A stretch of 64,000 nt of DNA from Octopus sinensis (GCF_006345805.1 NC_043002.1:15128001-15192000); one strand, 5' to 3'; shown: positions 27,521 to 40,789, counted from the first letter of the stretch. Notes: generated from the letters alone by a model not told the origin. Translations and numbers: made by a program.

Positions 27521-27632
27521 AACATATTACTCTACCTCTGATATTTGAGTACTCTTTTTTCTACCTTGTTTCACATTTATGTGCTTACTTCTTGTCATCA
27601 TCATCAATATTATTATTATTATTATTATTTTA

Positions 27633-28470
27633 TTCTGTTTGCCCAGCTTCTAACGCTCGTGTGGTACTACTGTGTCAGCTGTTCACTACCAGTTGACGAA
27701 ATTAACACACCTTACTTTTCGAGCACCATCCGGAGTATTCGAGCAGTTCCAAGCAGTACTGTTTCTTGCAAGTGTTCCATCCTTCTTGCAGTCACTATTT
27801 CCAGGTCTCCAACAATTATTGGCACTGCTACCACCTTTTTCAGCGACCACAACTGCTTAATCTCCGAAGCTAACTTGTTATATCTATATCTTCCTTCCTT
27901 TTCGAATACCCTGTTGTCATCAAGGCATGCTATATCTATGATCCAGCATACTTTGTTTTCTTTCTGAATTAACACTATGTCTGGTTTCCTATTATCTATC
28001 TCAAAGTTGCACTGAATCATAAAATCCCATAGGAATTTTATTTTCGATGATGCCTTCGGGTTTATTTTCATACCATATTTTTGCTCTGTCAAGCCCATAC
28101 TTGTTGCAAAGCGTAAAATGGACAATACGTGCTATGTTATCATGACGTCTCGTATATTCTTTTTTATGCTAGTGGTGTACATTGACTGGTAATATGCCAT
28201 ACGGTTTCACCATTTTGTCCACAATTTCTGCACTTATCACCTTCTGGTATGTTGTCTATTCTGTATTTGATGTAATTGGTTCTTCATGATTGCTCTTGGG
28301 CAGCACTGATTAGAGCCTCTGTTTCCGGTTCGAAATCCCTTTTAATCATCCATAGCCATCTTTATACCCAGCCAGCTTTTCTTTAATATCCCTATGAATT
28401 CATTTCTTTATACACCTATTTTCAGTTTCATTCATTCTGCAATCTTACATCCTACACAAGAATGACCTTC
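27633..28470 (-). mobile_element. R4/Dong-type non-LTR retrotransposon 3' fragment (CCHC knuckle plus RLE)
   Basis: ETEALISAAQEQ, CRNCGQNGETVWHITSQC, RRHDN, RKPDIVL...IIDIAC, LGTARILR; the 3' end runs into (TAA)n. Confidence 0.9.
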
Positions 28471-28558
28471 TTCCAATATTAGTGATTCTGTCACATTTTT
28501 CAGATACCATGCTATGCTTTATCCTATATCAATATAATCATCATCATCATCATCATCA

Positions 28559-28620
<62 letters not shown>

Positions 28621-28624
28621 GTTA

Positions 28625-29060
28625 TTTACATTTAATTTGTATGTTCGTTACAATCACTTGTCAAGACGCACCCAAAGTCCTAGGGCGAGTGAAGTATAAG
28701 AGATGTTAGAATATGACTGAAAGCTTGGAGAGGGGAAGTGTCATTGGCTGAAGAGAAATATTTTCATGTAATAATACACAGACATACAGATTGATAGGGA
28801 TTTTCTAAAGATATGGGCAGTACTTATCAGCACAATCTTTTGGATTTCCGTGATACATTGATGTCGTGGGATATTATCTAGATGTTTCTGACATCCCCTT
28901 TTTATCATACCTTGGACACCCAATATAACAGGAACACTTCTCGCTTTAAGATGTCACATATACTTATATTTCCTTAATGTGTCAGATTCTGTGACAGATA
29001 TATTTTTATTAGCGAGTACACTTACATCTATTAGTCTACAAGTAATTTCTTCTTTGAATC
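28625..29060 (-). mobile_element. Second R4/Dong-type 3' fragment
   Basis: IQKIVLISTAHIFRKSLS C-terminus; the 3' end abuts (TAA)n at 28560-28620. Confidence 0.8.
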
Positions 29061-29449
29061 GTGCTGTCAGTGTTGACTGAATAATCCCAAGGGACAGTGA
29101 CTTTTTTTACCTTCAACGTGTAACTCAAGATGAGGTTCAGTCCAGTAGGCAAGATTGCTGATTTTGCAGTGTTTACATATTTCCCAGTGCCCTACCCTAT
29201 CGCGGTGATTTTTGCTTTCGTTTGGTGTAAATCCTAAGACAAACTGGTTTTTTGGTTTATCAGATTTATCGCAAAATGTACATCTGAAGTCGGAACTTAT
29301 GTGCTGCTTCGTTTAATTTTCGTATTTTTGGTAGGACACAACAAACTCCTAAGCAGACCGAATGCAGATATGAGCAGGGTATTGGAACCGGTATTAAGGA
29401 AGGATTGAAAAATATTGGATTTATAAGCTATAAAATTCATTCCATAATT

Positions 29450-29695
29450 GCCCACAGGCATATGGCGTAGTGGTCAAGAGCGCGGGCTACTAGCCCCAAA
29501 ATTTCGAGTTCAATTCCAACAACATCGAAAAATACCTGAGAATGAGAGCCCAGGTTCAAAATTTCCCCAAGACACCTGATGAAAGCTGGAGGGTATATCA
29601 GCCGAAACGTTGTGTTAACAGCAAATAAGATGAGGACAACTATCCGTCCAATGTAAATACTCTGCATTATTCCTCATCTCTTAAATATAGAACTG
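29450..29695 (+). mobile_element. tRNA-head plus hammerhead composite element
   Basis: Box A TGGCGTAGTGG (29463-29473) and box B GAGTTCAATTCC (29506-29517), then GACAC-CTGATGA-A-AGCTG...CAGCC-GAAA-CG-TT-GTGTT (29571-29616). Confidence 0.7.
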
Positions 29696-29739
29696 GTAGT
29701 TCTTGGTAAGCAAGGTTTGATATTATTATTATTATTATT

Positions 29740-30187
29740 CTGTTTGACTTTTGCTTTATGTCTGTACAAGTTGGCTCCAAGTCTCACCCAGAGACCTCAA
29801 GAGACAACAGGTTGGCAGTTCTGTGCCATATATTTGATTTTTTTTTTTGGTGTTGTACTATTGAATGTCTAATACATAAAAAATAAATAAATAAATAAAT
29901 AAATAAATGAATAAAAAAAAGTTTGTTTTAAACCTTGGGATTACATAGAGAGTATTTTGCGTAGGATATGAGCAGTTCCAATGAGCACTATCTTTTGAAT
30001 TTCTGCCATTTTGGCGTTACCTGGTATCTGAGTTAGGTAGCAATCAGTCCCTTTCGCTATCATTCCCAGGGCACCTATGACAACAGGTATTGTTTTAGTC
30101 TTCAGCTTCCACATTTTGCTGATTTCTATTTCAAGATCTTTATATTTGCTCAGTTTTTGGTAGGTCTTGACAGATACGTTTATATCG
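29740..30187 (-). mobile_element. Third R4/Dong-type 3' fragment
   Basis: KLSKYKDLEIEISKMW...PVVIGALG...IQKIVLIGTAHILRKILS; (TAA)n on both sides. Confidence 0.9.
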
Positions 30188-30260
<73 letters not shown>

Positions 30261-30309
30261 TATTATTATTATTACTATTATTATTATTACTATTATTATT
30301 ATTATTGTC

Positions 30310-30490
30310 CAGATTGCGATTTGGCAATACCGTTTGAACGTGAAGCAAATTCGTTAACAGCAATTCTACCGTTCAGGTCTATAAAGTAAATAACAGATAA
30401 GCACTGGAGACCATGTGATCAACTAGCCCCATATCCATCCAGTCATCAAATTTCATGGATTGTGCCGATTGTAGAAAATATTATTATTAC
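30310..30490 (+). mobile_element. Very old SINE family B copy
   Basis: GCACTGGAGACCATGTGATCAACT...TTGTGCCGATTGTAGAAAATATTATT resembles the core and tail of the copy at 10298. Confidence 0.55.
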
Positions 30491-31100
30491 TTTTGGTAGT
30501 GATATAGAAGGAGAATTTTGGAAGCACAACAAACTAGGTACTTAGATGCACTACCGATATTCTAGCTACTACATTCAAGTTTTGAACATTTTGTGATTCA
30601 TTTTTCGGGGAACAATAAAGTGCCTGCAAGTTAAACACTAGAGTTGTGGTAGAAAGGGCTACAGCCGGCACGCAAAGTCATTGTTCTTGTGTCAGAATCT
30701 AAATACAATTGTAATTACAACAGTTATAAATTTAATTTATTGTATTGTTTGGCAACTAATCTAAACTGTTCAATATATAAAGCGAGTTATGAGTCTCCTA
30801 ATAGTAATAAAACGGGAAAGGTATTGGGAATAAGTGAAAATCTCTAACTTATCTCACTTTTTTCTCCCTCTCTATTTCTCTCAAGAACATAGGGATAAAT
30901 GTTTCTTTGAAGATTTAATTAAAATAAAGAACAATTAATATCGGAGAGTGGATGATCAAATGAAAAGTAGACTCGGTTTGTAATCAGGTAATTACAAACT
31001 AGAAACTCTAATTAGTGGAAACCGGAACCTTTCAGTTATCATGTATTAAACAATACTCTAGATCAGTATTGAGTTCTGCAAGTTATAGATTCGTGTGAAT

Positions 31101-31147
<47 letters not shown>

Positions 31148-31163
31148 ACACAACACACACACA

Positions 31164-31194
<31 letters not shown>

Positions 31195-31198
<4 letters not shown>

Positions 31199-31410
31199 AA
31201 ATAAGCAACAGGATATCCAGAGGTAATGCAGTACGATCGTTTCCTGCGACTCCATTTAATTGAACAATTCAAATATTACATCAATTTAAAATGTAGAGCT
31301 ATCTTCAGCTGCACAAAAATATAGAATATTCGTATTGTTCAATTAAATGTAGTCGCATGAAACGATCGTGCTACATTACCTCTGGGTATCCTTCTTGCTT
31401 ATTTTGATTA
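31195..31410. mobile_element. Inverted-repeat pLTR-like insert containing a minus-strand hammerhead (31227-31313)
   Basis: Arms ATCAAAATAAGCAA...TTGAACAAT / ATTGTTCAA...GCTTATTTTGAT. Minus strand reads TGCAG-CTGAAGA-(long stem II)-GAAA-CGATCG-TA-CTGCA. Confidence 0.75.
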
Positions 31411-31489
31411 TAATCAGCTTATTTTAAATTGTATGGATAATACCATACTAAATTCTGATGCCTTCCACTTAAGTACAGTATTCATATAT

Positions 31490-31900
31490 ATACAAAATGA
31501 GACAAGGACGCAAAACATCCAAATATACGATACACAAAACAGGGACGGGTCATTCGAAGCCTTTAATCTTCAGTCAAGAACCGGATCTTCCTCGCAATTT
31601 CGACAGATTAAACTTGAGATTGCTCCAATCTGGCGAACCCGAAGGAAAATCTAAGCTAAGAGTATTAGATTCCTCAGAAAAAAGGACCGAATATGTACAA
31701 AACAAGGGCAGAAAAACGGACGATGTTACACGAATATAAATACGAAAAAAAAACAAAGAAAAATAATAGGAATATAGATACAAAAAAAACAACAATAATA
31801 ATAATAACAGGACACAACGACAGGCGTCTTTCAACCAGAGAAGAACTGAACTCAGCTGGCGCATTGAGTGAGAATTAGGCCTTACGGCAGACGAAAACAG
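31490..31900. repeat. Dispersed repeat, longer copy of 18640-18760
   Basis: Direct sequence similarity over about 110 bp. Confidence 0.7.
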
Positions 31901-33277
31901 TGGTGTTAGCGTTGTATATATATATCGTTTTTAGATTTGGTTTGCAAGATTATTTATGTGAGTTAGTGTGTTGAATCATATTCTGTTGTGTCTGGGGAGA
32001 TTAATTCTCTTTTGGTGGCTTATATTTTAACATACTCACCGATAAAATGCCCACCGTTTATATAAATGAATCACCAACATTGTCTCAGGCTTAGAGCATA
32101 AATATACAAGAATAAAAGAATGAATACAAAAAAAGTACAGTAGTCCCTCGCAGTATCGCCGCTGACAAGTAGTTACATCTTTTTCGATTTTACTGATATA
32201 TACATAAAAGTTACATATGGATATCCACCAGGGTAATAATAATTAGAGAAATCAAAGCATATTTTGCCAAATTGCACGACAAATACCCATATAAATTGCG
32301 GATTATTTGGGGTCAAATTGTGAAAGGATGAACGTGTGTGGAAGATAACAGCTTGCTAATACCTGAGTTGATTAACCACCAACCCCGTGACCCAGTCGAC
32401 TCAATTTTAGGTTTGCCATCCATTACTGACAGAAACTCCGTCTCATAAACCTGATTACTCAACCGAAGAGTATGTTAGATAAACCAACTGAAATATCACT
32501 CTGTACAACCGGATATAATCTACGTCGTTAATAACCGAAATACCTAAAACATGTAAATGTTATTTTAGGATATAAATAATGTAAGAACATTGTACTCTTG
32601 AAAATATGTTGATAATTTATACCTTGAAGGTTCAATGCGTTATATTTAAATGTCATACAAAAATTTACATAATTTCTTTCTAAATCTCTCGACCTTTCGG
32701 CACATTATGAACTACTAATTAACGAACGATCTTATGAATAACAAAGGCACCATGCTGTTACCATTTTTACAGTTCTATCAGTCTAACAATATCAAGTGTA
32801 AAAATAAAAATGGAATTAGGTTGTTATAAAATAGTATGTAAATTGAACTTTCAATCAGATATACCGCACCTATAATTCTTTTCGACATTCTACAGAAATA
32901 GAATGTCAATAATGTTTGAAGTCATTCGCAATTTTCAGAATTATAGTTTTGGTTTAACGGTGTCGTCAAACGTAATAATACATTTTATGAGAAATTCCTT
33001 TGTTGCTCTGTAGCTAAAACAAAACACACTCTGATTGATATATTAGTATTAATAAATTTCTGAATGTTTGGTTGGCGTATTAACTGTTCAGTACCTTCAC
33101 GGGTTCATGATTTACCTCTAGTCAATTCTCAATGGGTATAAAATATAATTTTATGGTACAATACATATTTCAATTATTGACGTGAGGAGTGTTACAGTAC
33201 CCTTAGGTACAAATAATGTCGATAAATTTTGTAATAAAAAAAAAATGAAAACTATAAAAATGAATAATTAGTGAAAT

Positions 33278-33972
33278 TTTATTTATTTATGCGCCCTTTT
33301 CAAGCCTAGCCAAGCTCATGGGTCCAGTTTCCCGGTTTCTGTGGTGTATGTGTTTCCCCCAGCTAGACGGGACGGCAGTCCATTGCAGCGTTACTCAAGA
33401 AACAGGAAGAAAGAGTGAGAGAAACTTGAGGCGAAAGAGTCATCATCATCATCATTGTTCGACCGTGGTCGAGACAATGGAATTTACCATGTTGCGCCAG
33501 ACTTCACGGTCCATCATGGCATTACGGAGGTCCTGTTGCTGGATGCCTGTATCCCTGGAGATTACATCAGGGTAGGAGAGTGTGCGCCCTCTGGTGTTGC
33601 GAGTAGATGACTTCCAGAGGAGAAGAGTAGAAATTACTTCTTTTTTAGCTCTACAACAATGTCCAGCAAACTGGACTCTCCTACCCTTCACAAGAGATGA
33701 CACAGGTGGTAATTTCCCATATATTTGCATTTTAGTTGGATGGCGCCTCCACGAGAGATTTTGAGCTCTCATAAGGAGGCGAGTGTAGGTTCCATCCAAC
33801 CGCCTCTCAAGCTTCAAGAGTACAACAGAGGTGTCCCCCCCCCCGCCGGAGGCTCGTGCAGATTTAGGTGTTCTCGCTCAATGAACACATACAACGCCCG
33901 GTTTTGGAATCGAAACCGCGATCCCACGACCGTGAGTCCGCTACCTTAACCACTGGGCCACTGCACCTCCAC
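33278..33972 (-). mobile_element. SINE family C interrupted by a LINE fragment
   Basis: Perfect 12-bp TSD AATTAGTGAAAT (33266-33277 / 33973-33984); the two halves are collinear with the copy at 50597. Confidence 0.9.
33441..33815 (-). mobile_element. RTE-X-like LINE 3' fragment with open reading frame and (TGA)n tail
   Basis: LDGTYTRLLMRAQNLSW...RRVQFAGHCCR...AMMDREVWR. TSD AAGAGT (33435-33440 / 33816-33821). Confidence 0.88.
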
Positions 33973-35020
33973 AATTAGTGAAATGCCCGATATATAATCA
34001 CCAAACACAAAGCTCTATGCTTTGGATTATAAATTGTTTCTCTCACTTCAATAATTTGTCTACCGTACGTCAATTTGCTGTTCTTTGAAATCCTGCTTTA
34101 AATTCTGCTTCATTTCAGAACTTCGATATTTTGTGCTACCTAAATGCATTTTCACATTGCACGGACATACCATAATTTCCATCTGTGAAAGCTTGAATAA
34201 CGAAAGCAATTAAAGATGTGATTTTTAATTTTCGTAAAAAAACATTAAAAAATAAAAACAAATATTATTTCCGTCTGTGACGTCGTAATTGGTAATTTCA
34301 GGCCTTGAGTTATGACGAGACGGGTTATTGAACCATCTCTCTTTCTACTCAGCTCTGCTCTATTTCTTTTATTATTGTTCTGTTCCAGAAGATATAAAAC
34401 AAGATCATGTATTCAGGTCAACCTAATTACGTATCCCATTTCTATTTTAATAATTACTATTACTTTGTCGGTTTTATTTCATTATTGCTGCCGGTTTCCT
34501 ACTAAGAGTATCATGATTTTGGATCAATACACAATTTATAGTATGATTCCTCATGTTACTGAAAGTGTTGAATTCAATAATAGCTACTATGAATAAGAAA
34601 AAGAAGAAAAATGTAAGAAAAGCCACCGCATGAGAGGCCAGAACGAATCAATTATTAATTTATATATATTTATTCTTTCTGTGATCATATTTTAAAGCCG
34701 TAGCATCCACTGGATTAATAAGCATGGATTGTTTTATATTAAACTACACTTCACAGGGATATAATGAAATATATTGATAGCAATAAGCTGTCAACAAAAG
34801 ACAGATTTTTAAATTATTTGTGAACTCCTCACATATTTCTGATTTTGCCTATGGCATTCTAGCTTTCTCTATCATATCATAGCACGCGCGCACTAGCACG
34901 AAACATTTATTCATCTATAATTATATGTATGCATGTATGTATGAATGCGTGTATGTATGCATGCACATATCAGTCTGTCTCTCTACCTATCTATCAATCT
35001 ATCTATCTATCTCTCTCTAT

Positions 35021-35091
<71 letters not shown>

Positions 35092-35255
35092 CGAGATAGA
35101 TAGGTAGATAGATACATAGATATATAGACATATATATGTATATGTGGCTGTGTCTGTGTTTGTGTTCAGTTAGACTGAAACACATGTTTGTAAGATTTGC
35201 ATGCAAATCTTTGTTTCACTTTTTCACACTTAAAGAATTTTTACTGGAAAAGTAC

Positions 35256-35335
<80 letters not shown>

Positions 35336-35469
35336 TCTAAATCACTGAAAAATGAAGATAACATTGACTTTTCATTTTAACAAATATTACATAAAAACTA
35401 TATTGAAATACTAAAGAGTAAATATATTCAAAAATATAAAATGATCATATAAAATGATCTGAACGACTT

Positions 35470-35925
35470 CGGAATCTCTTGCAACTCTTCTGAACGGTCT
35501 CCTCGATTATGTTGGTGAGTGGTGCCATACACTTTCCTTCAGCACATATTTAGTCGTACATGTAATTTTGTTGGTCCTCGTGCAACTGCGTCCGAAACAT
35601 GATAATTAAGGGTGTTGCAGTTGAGGGAATTAGGTGGCCAGATGTTGGGGTGTTGTGGAGCAGAAATCTTCTGTCATGCCTGAGTTTTCCTACTTGTGTG
35701 GCAAGATGCATAGTCCTGACGCCAAACATAAGGCCTTCCAGCAGCCACCGTCTGGATCCAGGGCAGCATTACATCAACGAAGAACTTGCTGTAGCCCATG
35801 GTTTTGATTCTGAGGCCGTGTTGGAAGATGAATGGGACTATTGCGTAGCCATCGCTAGTGATAACTCCAAACACAATGATGTTGACTGGATGTGAAATTT
35901 TAATCACTCTTGGTTTATGCTTTGC
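35470..35925 (-). mobile_element. maT/DD37D-type Tc1-mariner transposase relic
   Basis: HPVNIIVFGVITSDG...RPYVWRQDYASCHTSRKTQ...IWPPNS. Confidence 0.85.
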
Positions 35926-37308
35926 AGGCAGGGAAGCCAATGGATAGTTTATGTGTTCACCATTTGATACTGGAATAAAAAGCATGTTCGGTGGGAGCGG
36001 ATATTTCATTTTGCTGACGATGAGAGAAAAAAGTTATAAAAAAGAGAAGGCAAAAATGATAAAAAAACAGGAAGAGAAGAAAAGGAAAAGAAAGAAAGAA
36101 GAGAAAAGTAAAAGAAAACAAGGAGAGATAAGGGAAAATGTAGTAGTTAGGGGTCACTCAAGATGATTTAAAAGTAGGAAAGGGGAGATGAGGGTGATAG
36201 AAAGAGAAAGGTATTAGATAGAAGGAATGGGGGTGAGAGAGAGAGAGAGAAAGATCTATAAAAATAAATGGGTGTCAGTTATGCAGTGAAATAGTCTAAG
36301 TGATGGGGCAGAGAGAGGGGTAGTAGTATGGAATGAAGAATTTAGGAAAATAGATTAGGTGGTTGGACAGGTCAGTGCTTAGTATTAGAAGAAACTATAT
36401 GTGAAGATGTCAATTTCACGAGCAGGCTGTTCCATGGTTTGGATCAACGGGAACCCTCGTCGTCGAAACAGACGGAGTGTTTGACCTACAACAAGAAACT
36501 TGTCTAAACATACCTCAACCATAATTTTAGAATGCTACACCTTAGATGTGGATGTCATCCAAGTTACAGCAACATGACTCTCTTTTTCTGCGAACGAAAG
36601 TGCTGATTACAAATTGCTGTGAGATTTTGGTCTTTGAAAGACAATATTTCTCTCTTATAGGGACATAAAATGGCAAGGATTTATACCAAAATATTCTCTT
36701 TGATGCATGCTTATGTCCCACATAAAGCGCTTTCGGTAATTTAACGCTGTTTGTTTTGTTTTTTTCTAATTATCTAAACTTACTCTTCACTCTAATATGA
36801 TATACAAACGTCATCAAACATGACAGAAGTTACAAGTGTGACATCCAAGCTATCGTTTGATACAGAGGAATATTTATAGTTAGCAACTCACTCCGTTGAT
36901 TCCCATTCCATATACCTGTACTTTTTTTAATACTGTATTGTATTAACATATTAGTAAATCTATCGAAATCTCTCCAAATTCTAGGAGGGAGAAAGAATAC
37001 GGAAATTTTAAAAAATGTAACAACACTTTTATAACCTTTTTAAATCGCAGTTGTTACAGCTGGCTAGAGTTGAGGGCTAGAAAATTGGTCTCTGTTGATG
37101 CATTCTAAACAATTCTATGTAATAATCGCACTAATACACTGCGCACATGCCTATCATATATTTATATAAATATACTTGGAAATATAGTAGTACCCCGGCT
37201 GGCAGGCAATTCCTAAACATACCAGTGTGAAATTAATGTAGGAACATAAAAAAATATAGGTCCAGTCGCAAAAAACTGCAGCAGAGTCGTCATGAAATAT
37301 GTTCGTTT

Positions 37309-37723
37309 GGGACCTTTTCGGTTTGACCGGCTGTTATTAAAAATAATTTCCACGTAACTAAACACTTTTAAACTTCCTATACTGGTAGAATGGGTTTATA
37401 AAACATATTTTTCTCTTGGCTTTATTGAGAAAATTCTCTAGTTTGTAAAATATTTGTTGTTCTTTCTTCAATTTCTGCAATTTCAAACAATCAATGACGT
37501 CTATTGAGGTGAAAACATTATGTGCCGTATGAAGAAACAGATTGGGTTTACTTACATTTCTGAAGAAAAAAAGATACCCTTCCCACATCCCTATCCCTAA
37601 CCCTAACTGGCCCTAACTCTAACCCTATACCTAAAACAGATTGAAATGCAATAGATCGATACTAGGGTGACAATTTCATATGACACCACTAGAAAAAACT
37701 GCCGTTCAAACCGAAAAGATCCT
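37309..37723. mobile_element. MITE-like element with about 25-bp TIRs and an internal CCCTAA-like tract
   Basis: GGGACCTTTTCGGTTTGACCGGCTGTT / AACTGCCGTTCAAACCGAAAAGATCC; CCCTAACCCTAA at about 37590-37635. Confidence 0.75.
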
Positions 37724-38463
37724 TTGTGTGGGTTGAAAACCAGGAATTTGTTGAGGCTGTAAATAAGGGATATCTGGTTATATCAATTTTGGTGGAGACT
37801 CGTTGGAGATAATTTAGGAAGCGTTGGCAGCCGCACAAAAGTTTTCCGTGAAAAGAGTAAATCGAAGTCGGTATAAAAATTTTATGTTTACCCAAATGTA
37901 TATATAATCCTATGAAAGTGTGAACTTGTGTTTAATGAGAAAGACCCACCCGCACACACTCATGTATCAATATATATTTATGTTTTTGTATACGACCATG
38001 AATGGTCGAGAGAGGAACAAAGGTCCTATTGTATTAGGATATGTAAAGGAAATTAAGGCAGTATGTTGCTGTATGCTTTATAATTATTTGAATATTCCAA
38101 ATATGCATATATATATATATATTATATATTATTATATATTTATATATATTTCATTACTATTATATATATTTGTGGTACGTGTGTCTGTGTGTGTATGTCT
38201 ATATATGAATGTGTGTTTGTGTGTATGAAACATTTCCCCGTTATGTAATATTTATGCGATATAGATACGCATTTGTGGATATATATATATAATATAGATA
38301 TATATATTATATATATATATATATAAATTGGCAGATATTCTAGTTGAGAGGAACAACATACAGAACAGAGTGAGGACAGATCAATGAACTGATAAATAGA
38401 TGAAAGGATAGATAATAAAAGTATATTTCAAAGAAGGATTGTAACACACTCCGTGGAAGGGAA

Positions 38464-38501
<38 letters not shown>

Positions 38502-38777
38502 CATGTTTCACGTTCCATCTTTAGGTCTCTGCCTTCCCATCTTTTCTGCCTAAAATATATGTTACTGTGTGTATATATGTTTGTGCGTGTGTGTGTTTAT
38601 GCAGATGTGCGTGTATATATATATATGTTTATGCATATGTTATAATTATCTGTTTATCTATTTATTTATCCATCTCTCTCTGTCGTTTCTGTATACACAC
38701 ACATACACAGCACACCATATATATATATATATATATAAACACACACACAAACACCACACACACACATCTATATATAT

Positions 38778-38835
<58 letters not shown>

Positions 38836-39834
38836 ATATAAACCACACACACATATATATATACTGGTACAAAAATATCAAGATACTGATCCGCACACTC
38901 GCGTGTGTGCGTGTGTATGTGTGTGCAGATATGTCTCTATGTGTGTGCAGATATGTGCGTATGTATGTTAAAAGTGTGACTCCCTCAAGTCATATATGAT
39001 GCTTCTACACGCACCAAATCGTACGTACGATTTAAAAGTATGTATTAATCATGTGTCTATATATTTATTTATCTAGCTATCTGTTGTCAACCCATCTCTC
39101 TTTCTCTGTATATATGCGTATGTGTTTGTGTTTCTGTACGTATATATATATATATATATATAGGTGTATATATATATAATATATATATATATAATATATA
39201 TAATATATATATATAGGTATATAATACACATGTATACATATATGTATATAAAACACGCGTAAATATATAAGCGTACGTAAAAAATATGTTTTGTGTGTGT
39301 TTATGCGCGTTTGTGCGCGTGTGTATGTAAAAAGTGTGAATCATTCAAGTCATGTATTATGCGTCCATGCACACAGATACGTACACACCTCTTAAAAGCG
39401 TGTGCATTTCTATAAATTCATCTTTACATGTACACATGTTTGTGTTAATATGCATGCAAATATTTGTAATTATTTTTATGTATTTCGTATAATACATCTC
39501 ATACTAAACCTTCGTTTTCTCGAATACATTGCAAAGTAATACGTTATTCTTTCCTTTTTCTCTTTTGTGAGTATTTTCATACACGATAGTGATAGTCATA
39601 TAAATAAAAGTTATACCCATAAAGATTATAAACCTTGGAGCATTAATGGCTATGTGTATACACATAGAATATCAATGCAGTAAAATATACACGTACATAT
39701 TCAGAGGTATTTTATAATTTCTTTATTTCAACAAACATTATGACATAAAGGATCGCTTTTTAATCAATATCAGTGAATATAGGCATGTGATCCACAGAGA
39801 GACAAATGCGAACAATTATATACACATACACATG

Positions 39835-40150
39835 AACATGCGTATATATGGATGGATGTTTGTATGTAATCATATATACATATATATAATATATATGCAT
39901 GTATATATATACATGTATATATGGGTGTGCATACATTCATGCTTATATACATACATGCACATATATGGATGGATGTTTTTATGTAATCATAAATACGTAT
40001 ATATATATGCATGTATATATGTGCGTGTGCATTATGCATGCTTATATACATACATGCGTATATATGGATGGATCTTTGTATGTAATCATATATACATATA
40101 TATATATGCATGTATATATGTGCGTGTACATACATATATGCTTATATACA
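39835..40150. repeat. Minisatellite, three copies of a roughly 105-115 bp unit
   Basis: ATATATGGATGGAT.TTT.TATGTAATCATA recurs at about 39844, 39961 and 40060. Confidence 0.85.
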
Positions 40151-40625
40151 TACAATTATTGAAGAAACGTGCGTTTGCACGTAAATGTATGTATGCATGT
40201 ATATTTATACGTTGGGAATGAGTGGTGACAACATACATGCCAGTTATGATTTATTTATATAAGATGTCCTCGTGGATAAGTATAAATAAATGCAAGTATA
40301 AATATGTCTATACCTGTGTATGTGCGTGCGTACGTTTTAGTGTTTGTATTTGTATGTGTGCGTGCGTGTGTGTGTGTTTGTGGGAGCGCATGTTGTTATA
40401 TTTGCTTTATATTCTACACATGCACAATCATGCTTTGTAAGTGCGATTGAAAATACATTTCAAGTAGCATATCAAAGACAAATTACATTTGCATTTCTCC
40501 CTTTCTCTCCCCACTTTCTCTCTCACCGTCTCTCACACACACTCCGTATATACACTGACAAAGTGAGGGAGGGTTGCATAGTTTATGTTTTACAAGAGAG
40601 GGACAGGGTGATGTGAAGAGGGATG

Positions 40626-40657
<32 letters not shown>

Positions 40658-40676
40658 TACACACAAACACACATAA

Positions 40677-40712
<36 letters not shown>

Positions 40713-40789
40713 GTACAAACATATATACATATTAATAGATAGATAGATACCTATATTTACATAATTATGTGTATGTGTACATAGTCACG

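Noticed and set aside
37585-37640. CCCTAA repeats as a telomere or chromosome fusion site
   Set aside because: Only a few degenerate units, enclosed within a TIR element.
39835-40150. Regularly spaced repeats as a CRISPR-like array
   Set aside because: The intervening sequence is also repeated, so it is a tandem minisatellite; the context is eukaryotic and there are no cas genes.
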